Shown here one piece after another: positions 8,497 through 17,490 of a stretch of DNA of 32,000 bases. This DNA comes from Sinorhizobium meliloti (GTDB taxonomy: Bacteria > Pseudomonadota > Alphaproteobacteria > Rhizobiales > Rhizobiaceae): positions 3,030,001 to 3,062,000 of the forward strand of contig NZ_JAGIOS010000001.1 of NCBI RefSeq assembly GCF_017876815.1. The letters are read 5' to 3'. The notes under the pieces were generated by a model. The model did no database searches, had not been told where the DNA came from, and was given only the letters and a program-made list of their open reading frames with translations. Position numbers and translations under genes: made by a program. Each line of letters begins with the position of its first letter. Within the stretch, counting starts at the first letter, position 1.

Positions 8497-9780
8497 ATGA
8501 GCAAGGCTTATAAGGACCACCTCGGCCGTCCGATCGTTGCCGTCACCGGCATGGGCGTCATCACCTCGCTCGGGCAGGGGCTCGACGACAACTGGGCGGC
8601 GCTCACCGGGGGCGTATCGGGCATTCACAAGATCACCCGGTTCCCGACCGATGCTCTTTCGACCCGCATCAGCGGCACGGTCGACTTCATCGAGATTCCT
8701 GCGGAGAATGCCGTCGAGCGTTCCTATGCGATGGCGCGCGAAACGACGCTGGAGGCCCTGGCTCAGGCCGGCCTTTCCGGCGATTTCAACGGCCCGCTCT
8801 TCCTGGCGGCCCCGCCGATCGAGCCCGAATGGAATGCCCGTTTCGAGCTTGCCGACCGCTCGCCGCCGTCGAGCCAGCCGGGCGACGCCTATAATCGGTT
8901 CCTCGCGGCAATGCGGCAGAAGGCGGATCCGACCTTCCACGAGGCCGTGCTATTCGGCTCGATCTCGGAGCGTCTTGCGGACCGCTTCGGTACGCGCGGC
9001 CTTCCGGTGACGCTTTCGACGGCTTGCGCATCCGGGGCGACCGCCATACAGCTCGGCGTCGAAGCCATCCGCCAGGGCAGGACCGACAGGGCGCTCACGG
9101 TTGCGACGGACGGCTCGGTCAGTGCCGAGGCCCTCATCCGCTTCTCGCTGCTCTCGGCGCTCTCCACACAGAACGAGCCGCCGGAAAAGGCTTCGAAGCC
9201 CTTCACCAAGGATCGCGACGGTTTCGTGATTGCGGAAGGCGCCGCGACGCTGGTGCTCGAATCGCTGGAAGCGGCGGTCGCTCGCGGCGCCCGCATCTAC
9301 GGCATTCTCAAGGGCTGCGGCGAAAAGGCCGACCTCTTCCACCGCACCCGTTCCTCCCCCGATGGCGGACCGGCGATCGCGACGATCCGCGCGGCACTTG
9401 CGGATGCGGGCATCGACGAAGCCGGGATCGGCTACATCAATGCCCATGGCACCTCCACGCCCGAAAACGACAAGATGGAGTATCTGTCGATGTCCGCGGT
9501 CTTCGGCGAGCGGTTGCCGTCGATCCCGGTCTCATCCAACAAGTCGATGATCGGTCACACGCTGACGGCAGCCGGTGCGGTCGAAGCGGTCTTCTCGCTC
9601 CAGACGATGCTCAGCGGCACGCTGCCGCCGACGATCAACTACCAGAACCCCGACCCGGCGATCGTTCTCGATGTCGTGCCGAACGTGAAGCGCAGCCAGC
9701 AGGTGACTGCAGTGCTGTCGAACTCCTTCGGCTTCGGCGGCCAGAACGCCAGCCTTGTCATGACCGCCGAGCCGGCCTGA
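8497..9780 (+). CDS. fabF1XL: Beta-ketoacyl-ACP synthase II (FabF1XL)
   Basis: Full Cys-His-His set: 'LSTACASGATAI', 'NAHGTSTPEND', 'SMIGHTLTAAG'. AAGGAG SD 8 nt upstream of ATG 8497. Confidence 0.9.
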   Translation: MSKAYKDHLGRPIVAVTGMGVITSLGQGLDDNWAALTGGVSGIHKITRFPTDALSTRISGTVDFIEIPAENAVERSYAMARETTLEALAQAGLSGDFNGPLFLAAPPIEPEWNARFELADRSPPSSQPGDAYNRFLAAMRQKADPTFHEAVLFGSISERLADRFGTRGLPVTLSTACASGATAIQLGVEAIRQGRTDRALTVATDGSVSAEALIRFSLLSALSTQNEPPEKASKPFTKDRDGFVIAEGAATLVLESLEAAVARGARIYGILKGCGEKADLFHRTRSSPDGGPAIATIRAALADAGIDEAGIGYINAHGTSTPENDKMEYLSMSAVFGERLPSIPVSSNKSMIGHTLTAAGAVEAVFSLQTMLSGTLPPTINYQNPDPAIVLDVVPNVKRSQQVTAVLSNSFGFGGQNASLVMTAEPA

Positions 9781-9792
9781 GTGGAAGAAAAA

Positions 9793-9963
9793 GGCCCCCT
9801 CTGGCCTGCCGGCCATCTCCCCCACAAGGGGGGAGAAAGGTGCGGTTGGCCTCTCGCTTCGCTCCAAGCGTCGCAACAAGATGAGCCTTGATTGGAAGGC
9901 GAAAGGCATGCCACGCCTACTCTCCCCCTTGTGGGGGAGATGGCTGGCAGGCCAGAGGGGGTC
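9793..9963. repeat. RIME-like intergenic palindromic element (two ~42-bp inverted arms around an ~85-bp core)
   Basis: Left arm gccccctctggcctgccggccatctcccccacaaggggggaga. The reverse complement of the right arm (9921-9962) matches it at 40/42 positions. Each arm holds its own hairpin tctccccc(N4)gggggaga. Confidence 0.8.
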
Positions 9964-10016
9964 TATCCCTTCCGCGCAACTCTCGCGCGACAACGACATA
10001 TGCAAAGGAAAAGACC

Positions 10017-11045
10017 ATGCGCGCCCTGCAATTGCTCGATGACCGCAAGCTTGAAATCACCGATGTGCCGGAGCCGGAGGCGCCCGGTCCTGGCGAGGTG
10101 ACGCTGCGGGTCAAGGCGGTCGCGCTCAATCATATCGACGTCTGGGGCTGGCGCGGCATGGCTTTCGCCAAGCGCAAGATGCCGCTCGTCATCGGCGCGG
10201 AAGCCTCCGGCGTCGTGGAGAGCATCGGCCCGGGCGTCGCCAATGTGCTCCCCGGCCAGCTCGTCTCGATCTACGGTGCGCGTACCTGCGGCCTCTGCCG
10301 CCCGTGCCGCGAGGGGCGCGACAATCTCTGCGAACATGTCGGGGGCGTCCATGGCTTCCATCTGGACGGCTTCGCGCAGGAGAAGGTCAACCTTCCGGCG
10401 CGCCTGTTGGTGCCTGCACCCCCCGGCGTCGACGAAATCGGCGCGGCGCTGGCGCCGGTCACCTTCGGTACCGTCGAGCACATGTTGTTCGACAACGCCA
10501 AGCTCGAACCCGGCGAGACGATCCTCGTCCATGCCGGCGGATCCGGTATCGGCACGGCCGCGATCCAGCTCGCCAAGAAGATCGGTTGCACGGTCATCAC
10601 CACAGTCGGATCGGACGACAAGATCGACAGGGCGAAGGCGCTCGGTGCCGACCACGTCATCAACTACCGGATCGATCGTTTCGAAGGCGTGGTGCGGAAG
10701 CTGACGAAGAAAAAGGGCGTCGATGTCGTCTTCGAACATGTCGGGAAGGATACCTGGGCGGGCTCGATGCTGTCGATGAAGCGTGGTGGACGCCTCGTCA
10801 CCTGCGGCTCGACTTCCGGTGTCTCGACCGACATGAATCTGATGATGCTGTTCCAGCAGCAGCTGAAACTGCTCGGCTCCTTCGGCTGCCGAATGGAGAA
10901 CATGGCGAACGCCATGCAGAAGATGGGGCGCGGGCTCATTCACCCGGTGATCGACACCGAGGTGGGGCTCAACGATATCGACCGCGCGCTGGAGCGTATG
11001 GAGTCGCGCCAGATCTTCGGCAAGATCGTGTTGCGGATGGATTGA
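10017..11045 (+). CDS. adhA2XL: Zinc-type alcohol dehydrogenase / medium-chain reductase (AdhA2XL)
   Basis: MDR family: 'GEVTLRVKAVALNHIDV', Cys cluster 'CGLCRPCREGRDNLC', NAD(P) fold 'VHAGGSGIGTAAIQLAK'. ATG 10017 is preceded by AAGGA. The upstream part of the track ORF is a translated repeat. Confidence 0.85.
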   Translation: MRALQLLDDRKLEITDVPEPEAPGPGEVTLRVKAVALNHIDVWGWRGMAFAKRKMPLVIGAEASGVVESIGPGVANVLPGQLVSIYGARTCGLCRPCREGRDNLCEHVGGVHGFHLDGFAQEKVNLPARLLVPAPPGVDEIGAALAPVTFGTVEHMLFDNAKLEPGETILVHAGGSGIGTAAIQLAKKIGCTVITTVGSDDKIDRAKALGADHVINYRIDRFEGVVRKLTKKKGVDVVFEHVGKDTWAGSMLSMKRGGRLVTCGSTSGVSTDMNLMMLFQQQLKLLGSFGCRMENMANAMQKMGRGLIHPVIDTEVGLNDIDRALERMESRQIFGKIVLRMD

Positions 11046-11056
11046 TCTTCGTGCGG

Positions 11057-11980
11057 ATGCTGATCACACGGCTGGTGCTTGCTGCGGATCGCTTCCGTCA
11101 ATGGTCGATCGCGCAGTTCGTCCTGCTGCTTCTCACGATACTCAAGCTTTTCCCCGCGGACATGGCCATCAACTTCATGGATCGCGTTGCCCGCTGGATC
11201 GGGCCGAAGACTGGTCGTCACAAGCTGACGCTGATCAATCTGCGCAATGCCTTTCCCGAGAAGAGCGATGCCGAGATCGAGGCGATCGCGCTCGAGAGCT
11301 GGGGCAATATGGGGCGGCTCGCCGCCGAATACGTGTTCCTCGATCAGCTCTTCGACTTCGATCCGGCGCGCGCGGAGCCGGGCAGGGTGGAGGTTTCGGG
11401 CATCCCGCTCTTCCTGGAACTGCGGGACAATCCACGGCCGTTCATCGTCTTCACGGCCCATAGCGGCAATTTCGAGATGCTGCCGGTTGCCGGCTCGGCC
11501 TTCGGCCTCGACGTGACGGTGCTCTTCCGGCCGCCGAACAATCCCTATCTCGCCGACCGGGTATTCGAATTCCGCAAGGAGCGCATGGGCAACCTCGTGC
11601 CGTCGCATGCCGGCTCCTCTTTCGCCCTTGCCAGGCAGCTCGAACGCGGCGGCGGCGTCGGCGTGCTCGTCGACCAGAAGTTCCGTAAGGGCCTGAAGAC
11701 GAAATTCTTCGCGCAGGACGTGCAGACGAATCCGCTGCTTGCCAAGCTCGTCCGCCAGTTCAATTGCGAGGTCTATCCCGCCCGCTGCATTCGCCTGCCC
11801 GGCAACCGCTTCCGGCTGGAGCTCGAGCCGGCGGTCGAGATCCCCCGCAGGGCCGATGGCAGCGTCGATGTCACGGCAACGGCGCAGATGCTGAACGACA
11901 AGGTCGAGAGCTGGGTTCGCGAATATCCGGGCCAGTGGCTCTGGTATCATGACCGCTGGCACATCAAGCGGTCTCTTTGA
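11057..11980 (+). CDS. lpxXL: Lipid A late acyltransferase (HtrB/MsbB family) for the very-long-chain fatty acid, LpxXL
   Basis: N-terminal membrane anchor, LPLAT-family 'FTAHSGNFE' (H-x4-E/D-like) block, C-terminal 'YPGQWLWYHDRW'. Only the 3' 307 codons of track ORF 10304..11980 are real. GTG 11051 is an alternative start. Confidence 0.85.
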   Translation: MLITRLVLAADRFRQWSIAQFVLLLLTILKLFPADMAINFMDRVARWIGPKTGRHKLTLINLRNAFPEKSDAEIEAIALESWGNMGRLAAEYVFLDQLFDFDPARAEPGRVEVSGIPLFLELRDNPRPFIVFTAHSGNFEMLPVAGSAFGLDVTVLFRPPNNPYLADRVFEFRKERMGNLVPSHAGSSFALARQLERGGGVGVLVDQKFRKGLKTKFFAQDVQTNPLLAKLVRQFNCEVYPARCIRLPGNRFRLELEPAVEIPRRADGSVDVTATAQMLNDKVESWVREYPGQWLWYHDRWHIKRSL

Positions 11981-12117
11981 GCCGGTCTCCTGACGCACAT
12001 CTTTTCCCCTCGTAAACCGCCGTCTCCTCAAATCGGTGCCGATTCAGGGATTGTCTGGAGTGCGCCGGGCATGCGCGAAGGGAATCGTGACAGCGTCCGC
12101 CGAAAGGAGGAAACGAG

Positions 12118-12204
12118 ATGTCACAGGAGTGGCCCATGTTCATCCTGCAGTGCATCGTCGTCTTCGGGCTCGTCGGCGCGCTGTTCATCCGCTTCGGCGA
12201 ATGA
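12118..12204 (+). CDS. Candidate small membrane peptide (28 aa: MSQEWPMFILQCIVVFGLVGALFIRFGE), absent from the ORF track
   Basis: Canonical SD AGGAGG at 12105-12110, 7 nt before ATG 12118. One predicted TM helix. 25 of 27 sense codons end in G/C, matching real genes here. Stop TGA at 12202-12204. Confidence 0.4.
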   Translation: MSQEWPMFILQCIVVFGLVGALFIRFGE

Positions 12205-12216
12205 ACAGGCGTACGG

Positions 12217-12570
12217 CTACTGCGCGGACCACACCGCCAGCTCATAGCCATCGGGGTCGGCAAAATGGAACCGCCGGCCGCCCGGGAAGGTGAAGATAGG
12301 CTTGACGATCTTGCCGCCTGCGGCTTCGACCCGTCGCTGAGCGTCCTCGATCTGGTCGGCATAGATGATGACGAGCGGACCGCCGCTGCGGACCGGGCCG
12401 AGTGTCGTGAAACCGCCGGTCAATCGCCCATCGGCGAACTCGCAATATTCCGGGCCGTAATCCGTGAAGGTCCAGCCGAAAGCGCTCCCGTAGAAGGCCT
12501 TGCTTGCGGCGATATCCGTCACGTTGAATTCGACATAGTCGATACGTTTGTCGTTACCTTTGCTGGCCAT
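12217..12570 (-). CDS. VOC (glyoxalase/bleomycin-resistance/dioxygenase) family protein
   Basis: 'RIDYVEFNVTDIAASKAFYGSAFGW' and 'FADPDGYELAVW' are typical VOC beta-alpha-beta-beta-beta modules. Start taken at ATG 12570 (MASKGND), 117 aa. Confidence 0.8.
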   Translation of the reverse strand: MASKGNDKRIDYVEFNVTDIAASKAFYGSAFGWTFTDYGPEYCEFADGRLTGGFTTLGPVRSGGPLVIIYADQIEDAQRRVEAAGGKIVKPIFTFPGGRRFHFADPDGYELAVWSAQ

Positions 12571-12997
12571 TATCTTTGCCGCTTTCCTGATTGTGGTTAC
12601 CGGTTTCCAGGATGGATTTGAGCGCGGCAAGGTCCTTTTCGACCCAGGCCGCGTCCTCGGCGAATTGCGCATCGGTCATGCCGGGCTGCCTGAGCAGGGT
12701 GAACATGACTTCCGCACCGTCGCCGTTCGGCACGACGCGAAGCGCATTGTGGACGCGCGCGCCGTTATCGAGTGTCACCAGGTGATCCACCACACCGAAT
12801 TCGTTATCGGCAACGAAGCGGACGCGGGCATTTCCGAGGGGGCCGGGTGCGATCCACTCGTCGCCGTCGCGCGTGAGCCCGGAGGAGAGACCGGTCGCCC
12901 AGAGCGGCATCTTCTCGTGGTCGGCCATGAAGGCATAGACCTCGCGCCAGTCGCGCTCGATCGAGGTGTGAATGATCCGGGCCGTCATCGTCGCCAT
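12554..12997 (-). CDS. SRPBCC-superfamily (polyketide-cyclase/AHSA1-like) protein
   Basis: ~147 aa; composition and length fit the SRPBCC ligand-binding fold ('IIHTSIERDWREVYAF..'). Its 3' end overlaps the VOC start by 17 nt. GGAG lies 6 nt upstream of ATG 12997. Confidence 0.65.
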   Translation of the reverse strand: MATMTARIIHTSIERDWREVYAFMADHEKMPLWATGLSSGLTRDGDEWIAPGPLGNARVRFVADNEFGVVDHLVTLDNGARVHNALRVVPNGDGAEVMFTLLRQPGMTDAQFAEDAAWVEKDLAALKSILETGNHNQESGKDNGQQR

Positions 12998-13018
12998 GTG
13001 TTTCTCCGTCGAGGGGAT

Positions 13019-13049
13019 TTATAGCATTGCGCCAAGCAATGGTCTTGAA
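13019..13049 (-). promoter_or_regulatory. Candidate promoter with embedded palindrome (CATTGC-N5-GCAATG) upstream of the SRPBCC/VOC pair
   Basis: Minus strand reads CAAGAC-N17-CTATAA. The 17-nt spacer is the palindrome at 13025-13041. Motif match only. Confidence 0.25.
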
Positions 13050-13129
13050 CGAAACGGCCAATCTTGCCGCGTAGGCTCGAAACCGATTAACGGTGCCGGT
13101 CGCCTATGGACGTGACAAAGTCTTTTGAA

Positions 13130-14020
13130 TCAGGTCGTTGTGCGGAAATTCTCAACCCGGCCAATGCCGAAGCGCGCGGCCAACTGCCGCTGGATTTCGC
13201 GCGGCGTGAAGGATGTGAGCCCTCTTGCCTCCCGGGCAAGATGGGCCTGATCGGCATAGCCGGCATCGACAGCGAGATTTGCCAGCGTGTCCCCGGGCCG
13301 CGAGCGGCAGGCGGCCAGGAAGCGCTGCAGGCGAAGAATGCGGCCGAGGGTCTTTGCGCCGTAGCCCAGATGCTCGTGGCAGTGACGGCGAAGAGTCCGC
13401 TCGCTGGTGCCGATCTCACGGACAAGGGTCCGGATAGCATCGTCCACGGTCGACCGGCCGACCTGGAGATGTGCGACGCAAGCCGCAATGTCCGGCGGCG
13501 GCGGCTCGGCGGCGGATAGACGTCCAAGCAGGGCCGCGGCAAGAACACCGAGCCGCTCCGGCGTGCTCGCTGCATCCCTGATCCGCGCCTCGATCTCGTT
13601 CGTAGCCGGTCCCCAGACGAGATGGAGCGGCACCGTTTGGCCGGTCATTTCACGGAGCGGCGTCCGCAACCACGACGCCGCCGCGCCGATCCGGAATCGG
13701 GCGCCGATGATGGTTTCGCCGGCAGGAAGCTCGGGAAAGGCGGCAATCCTGTCGGGACCGACGATGGCGAGCCCCTTCGACGACCAGATGATGTCGCTGC
13801 AACCGTCGGGTACGACGGCGATGCTCGAAGGGGCGCCGTCGGGCATGCGATGCAGCCAGAGGCATTTGAAGTGGAAGGCGAGCGCCGCTGGGGGCGACTG
13901 CTCACGATAGATTCCGCTCGTCTGCGCGAGTGCGGGAGGGCCGAGCCTCAGCCTGGCCTCCTGCTGGAGCCGTTCGGGGGCGCGGGCGTCTTTGTCATAT
14001 ACGGGGCAGGACGTTCCCAT
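13130..14020 (-). CDS. AraC-family transcriptional regulator
   Basis: C-terminal double HTH: 'SERTLRRHCHEHLGYGAKTLGRILRLQRF' and 'LAVDAGYADQAHLAREARGLTSFTPREI'. N-terminal sensing domain. Start uncertain (ATG 14020 or ATG 14074). Confidence 0.75.
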   Translation of the reverse strand: MGTSCPVYDKDARAPERLQQEARLRLGPPALAQTSGIYREQSPPAALAFHFKCLWLHRMPDGAPSSIAVVPDGCSDIIWSSKGLAIVGPDRIAAFPELPAGETIIGARFRIGAAASWLRTPLREMTGQTVPLHLVWGPATNEIEARIRDAASTPERLGVLAAALLGRLSAAEPPPPDIAACVAHLQVGRSTVDDAIRTLVREIGTSERTLRRHCHEHLGYGAKTLGRILRLQRFLAACRSRPGDTLANLAVDAGYADQAHLAREARGLTSFTPREIQRQLAARFGIGRVENFRTTT

Positions 14021-14101
14021 TGCCCTCTTTTGCGCCGGCGAACCTGCGCGGTCAATGCCCGATCGCCGAGGCAAGGAGTGCCTCGGCGATCCCAGCTGGC
14101 T

Positions 14102-15520
14102 CTAATCGCGCGACCAGATCTCGCCGTCGATCTTTCCCTGCAGTTCCGGATAGTCGGCCGCGTGGAAAACCGGGACGGCGCCCGCTTTACGCTGTTCGAA
14201 ATAATCTTTCGTCAGCTTTGCGATGGTCCCCGAAAGGAGCAGGATCGCGACGAGATTGATCGTCGCCATCAGTCCCATGGAGGCGTCGGCCGCGTCGAAA
14301 ACGGTGGTGATACTTTCGTAGGCTCCCCAGACGACCATCGCCAGCGTGGCGCAACGCATGATCATAAGCCCGAGTCGGTTGCCCCCGCCGAGATAGGTCA
14401 GCGCGTTTTCGGCGTATGAATAGTTGCCGATGATCGAGGTGAAGGCGAAGAAGAAGATCGCGATGGCGATGAAATAGGTGCCGGCCGAGCCGATATGGGT
14501 GCTCATCGCCGCCTGCGTGAGCTGTGTTCCTGTGACGCCGGAGCCGGGTTCCAGCGTACCCGAAAGCAGGATCATCACCGATGTCGCGGTGCAGATCAGT
14601 ATCGTGTCGATGAAGACGCCCAGGGACTGCACGAAGCCCTGCGACGAGGGATGGTGCGGTACAGGCGTCGCCACGGCTGCGATATTCGGGGCCGAGCCCA
14701 TGCCTGCCTCGTTCGAGAAGAGGCCGCGTTTGACGCCGTTGAGCATCGCTGCAGCAATCCCGCCGGTGATGCCGCCGGCCGCTTCCTGAAAGCCGAAGGC
14801 GCTCGAGATGATCGTCCAGAGTACGCCCGGCACCGCCGAGGCATTTGCGATCAGCACGTAGACGGCCGTGAGCAGATAGGCCGCGGCCATGAAGGGAACG
14901 ACAATCTCGGCGACGCGGGCAATCTGGCGGATGCCGCCGAAGATCACCACGCCGGAGAGGAGGGCAACGGCCACGCCGACTGCGAGTTTGGGCACGCCGA
15001 AGGCGCCCTGGACCGCATCGGCGATCGAGTTTGCCTGAACGGCGTTGAACACCAGACCGAAGGAGAGGATGAGGCAGGCCGAGAAGATCGTGGCCGCCCA
15101 GGGCGCATTGAGGCCGCGAGCGATATAGAAAGCCGGCCCGCCGCGGTATTGCCCGTCCTCGTTGCGAATCTTGTATAGCTGAGCCAGCGCGCTCTCGGCA
15201 TAGGCGGTCGCCATGCCGACGAACGCCACGATCCACATCCAGAAGGTCGCGCCGGGTCCGCCGAGATAAAGAGCGACCGCCACGCCGGCGAGGTTACCGG
15301 TTCCGACACGTGAGGCGAGGCTGACCATAAGCGCCTGGAAGGGGCTGATCCCGGCCGCATCCTTGCTGCCGCCGCGGCTTAAGACCCGGAACATTTCGGA
15401 GAAATGAACGATTTGGGGAAAGCCGAGCCGGACCGTGAAATAAAGGCCGACCGCAAGCAGACCATAGATGAGCACATAGCCCCAGAAGATCGTGTTCAGA
15501 AAGCCGATGATCGTATCCAT
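14102..15520 (-). CDS. Alanine/glycine:cation symporter (AGCS family)
   Basis: 472 aa polytopic protein. 'ISPFQALMVSLASRVGTGNLAGVAVALYLGGPGATFWMW' is the AGCS signature region. Confidence 0.9.
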   Translation of the reverse strand: MDTIIGFLNTIFWGYVLIYGLLAVGLYFTVRLGFPQIVHFSEMFRVLSRGGSKDAAGISPFQALMVSLASRVGTGNLAGVAVALYLGGPGATFWMWIVAFVGMATAYAESALAQLYKIRNEDGQYRGGPAFYIARGLNAPWAATIFSACLILSFGLVFNAVQANSIADAVQGAFGVPKLAVGVAVALLSGVVIFGGIRQIARVAEIVVPFMAAAYLLTAVYVLIANASAVPGVLWTIISSAFGFQEAAGGITGGIAAAMLNGVKRGLFSNEAGMGSAPNIAAVATPVPHHPSSQGFVQSLGVFIDTILICTATSVMILLSGTLEPGSGVTGTQLTQAAMSTHIGSAGTYFIAIAIFFFAFTSIIGNYSYAENALTYLGGGNRLGLMIMRCATLAMVVWGAYESITTVFDAADASMGLMATINLVAILLLSGTIAKLTKDYFEQRKAGAVPVFHAADYPELQGKIDGEIWSRD

Positions 15521-15955
15521 ACGGTCCTCGCTCCTATTGCATTGGAGGTTGCGCGCCGGCCCCTCGTTCCCGTCGCGCGGGGGACTCGGACGTATTGTGC
15601 GGCATTAGGGCGCAAACTCGACTCAGATCAAGGCTCTGCGGGGCTGGATCGGGCAGAACACGGGGCATGAGGCGATATATCCCGTGGATTCGCTTCGGAC
15701 GCATTCAGAAGGAGGGCGTAGAGGGTGCCTTCCGGCGCGTGTTCAAGGCGTCGAGCAGGGGTCGGAAAAGGTTTGATTTTGTCAGGAACGGCTTGTCGTA
15801 AATCGATTTGAATGCCAAAACAGCCTCCGCCGCCGCGTGCCGTCCGGTCCCTGATTTCCTTGGGGGGCGGCAGACACGCGCAGATCAATTCGAAGGGCCG
15901 GCACGCGCGCGATTGCGCCCCGTGGCCGGCTCTCCTGTCCAATGGAGGCAATCAC

Positions 15956-17386
15956 GTGTCACAGGCGGAAATCGGCCTAATCGGTCTCGGAGTCATGGGC
16001 TCGAACCTGGCGCTCAACATCGCTGAAAAAGGCAACAGGATCGCCGTTTTCAACCGCACGGTCGACGCGACACGCAAATTCTACGCTGAGGCCGGCGCAC
16101 TCAAGGACCAGATCGTCCCCTGCGAAACGATCGAAGAATTCGTCGCCGCCATCCGCCCGCCGCGTCCGATCATTATCATGATCAAGGCCGGTGATCCGGT
16201 CGACCAGCAGATGGAGGCCCTGAAGCCCCATCTCGCCAAGGGCGACATCATGATCGATGCGGGCAACGCCAATTTCCGCGACACGATGCGCCGTTTCGAT
16301 GCGCTGAAGGACTCGGGTCTCACCTTCATCGGCATGGGCGTCTCCGGTGGCGAGGAAGGCGCGCGCCACGGGCCCTCGATCATGGTCGGCGGCACGGAAG
16401 AATCCTATCGGCGCGTCGAGAAGGTTCTGACCTCGATCGCTGCGAAATATGATAGCGACCCCTGCGTCGCCTGGCTCGGCGAGCACGGGGCGGGGCACTT
16501 CGTCAAGACGATCCACAACGGCATCGAATATGCCGATATGCAGATGATCGCCGAGATTTACGGGATCCTGCGTGACGGATTGAAGATGACGGCACAGGAG
16601 ATCGGCGAGGTCTTCGGCGCCTGGAACAAGGGCCGGCTCAACTCCTACCTGATCGAAATCACCGAGAAGGTCTTGAAGGCCGCCGATCCGCTGACCGGCA
16701 AGCCCATCGTCGATATGATCCTCGACAAGGCCGGTCAGAAGGGCACCGGCAAATGGTCGGTGATCGAGGCGCAGAACATGGGCGTGCCTGCGACCGCAAT
16801 CGAAGCGGCGGTCGCAGCGCGCAGCATCTCCTCGGCGAAGGAAGAGCGGGAAGCCGCCGAAAAGGTTCTCGGTCTGCCGCCGGTCGGCGAAATCAAGGTG
16901 GCCGACAGGGACGGCTTCATCAAGGACCTGGAAAACGCGCTGCTCGCCGCCAAGATCGGCGCCTATGCGCAAGGCTTCGCAGTGATGGCGGCGGCGTCGA
17001 AGGAGTTCGGCTGGAACCTGCCGATGCCGACGATCGCAAAGATCTGGCGCGCCGGCTGCATTATCCGCTCGCAGTTCCTCGACGAGATCACCACCGCCTT
17101 TACCAAAGCACCGGATGCCGCGAACCTGATCGTCACCCCCGCCTTCGCCGCCATGGTCAAGGAGAGCGACGGCGCGTTGCGACGGGTGGTTTCGACGGCC
17201 GTCCTCGGCGGTCTGCCGGTGCCTGCGCTGGCCTCGGCGCTCGGCTATTTCGACAGCTACCGCCGCGGCCGCGGCACGGCCAACGTCATCCAGGCGCAGC
17301 GCGACTTCTTCGGCGCCCACGGTTTCGACCGTGTCGATGGCGCAGACAGCCATCACGGTCCATGGGGCAGCGGTCTGAACGCTTGA
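15956..17386 (+). CDS. gnd: 6-phosphogluconate dehydrogenase, decarboxylating
   Basis: 'IGLIGLGVMGSNLALN' Rossmann motif and 'HNGIEYADMQMIAE' 6PGD signature. GTG 15956 has GGAGG 7 nt upstream, giving 476 aa. The upstream part of the track ORF is non-coding. Confidence 0.92.
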   Translation: MSQAEIGLIGLGVMGSNLALNIAEKGNRIAVFNRTVDATRKFYAEAGALKDQIVPCETIEEFVAAIRPPRPIIIMIKAGDPVDQQMEALKPHLAKGDIMIDAGNANFRDTMRRFDALKDSGLTFIGMGVSGGEEGARHGPSIMVGGTEESYRRVEKVLTSIAAKYDSDPCVAWLGEHGAGHFVKTIHNGIEYADMQMIAEIYGILRDGLKMTAQEIGEVFGAWNKGRLNSYLIEITEKVLKAADPLTGKPIVDMILDKAGQKGTGKWSVIEAQNMGVPATAIEAAVAARSISSAKEEREAAEKVLGLPPVGEIKVADRDGFIKDLENALLAAKIGAYAQGFAVMAAASKEFGWNLPMPTIAKIWRAGCIIRSQFLDEITTAFTKAPDAANLIVTPAFAAMVKESDGALRRVVSTAVLGGLPVPALASALGYFDSYRRGRGTANVIQAQRDFFGAHGFDRVDGADSHHGPWGSGLNA

Positions 17387-17400
17387 GATCGCATGCGTTT

Positions 17401-17425
17401 AAGGGGGCGGCTTGGCCGCCCCCTT
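17401..17425 (+). terminator. GC-rich hairpin downstream of gnd (aagggggcgg-cttgg-ccgccccctt)
   Basis: Perfect 10-bp stem 15 nt after the gnd stop. No U-tract, so terminator efficiency is uncertain. Confidence 0.45.
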
Positions 17426-17490
17426 ACGACAAGTCCAGGCAAGCCCAGGCGGTTAAGATCTCAATAAGGGAGCCATTCGAGAAGGCAGGC

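Noticed and set aside
9793-9963. Whether the GC-rich palindromic repeats (here and at 28356-28564) could be a CRISPR array.
   Set aside because: They are single inverted-repeat pairs, not three or more regularly spaced direct repeats. No cas genes are present in the window.
9888-10016. N-terminal extension of the dehydrogenase ORF and small ORFs 9892..10101 and 9917..10129 encoding 'PLVGEMAGRPEG'-type peptides.
   Set aside because: These are translations of the palindromic repeat arm. The same peptide appears on both strands because of the inverted repeat, and the true start with an SD is at 10017.
10304-11056. The 5' 251 codons of the 558-aa track ORF 10304..11980.
   Set aside because: This is an out-of-frame read-through of the adhA2XL coding region. 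The acyltransferase similarity starts at 11057, directly after the adhA2XL stop.
15521-15955. Possible glycine riboswitch or small ORFs (15595..15801, 15628..15951) in the 435-bp region between the AGCS symporter gene and gnd.
   Set aside because: The minus-strand leader has cgccggaagg and gtccgaagcg fragments but lacks the tandem GGAGAG...CACCGAAGGGGCAA aptamer architecture. The ORFs lack SD sites and have implausible basic compositions.
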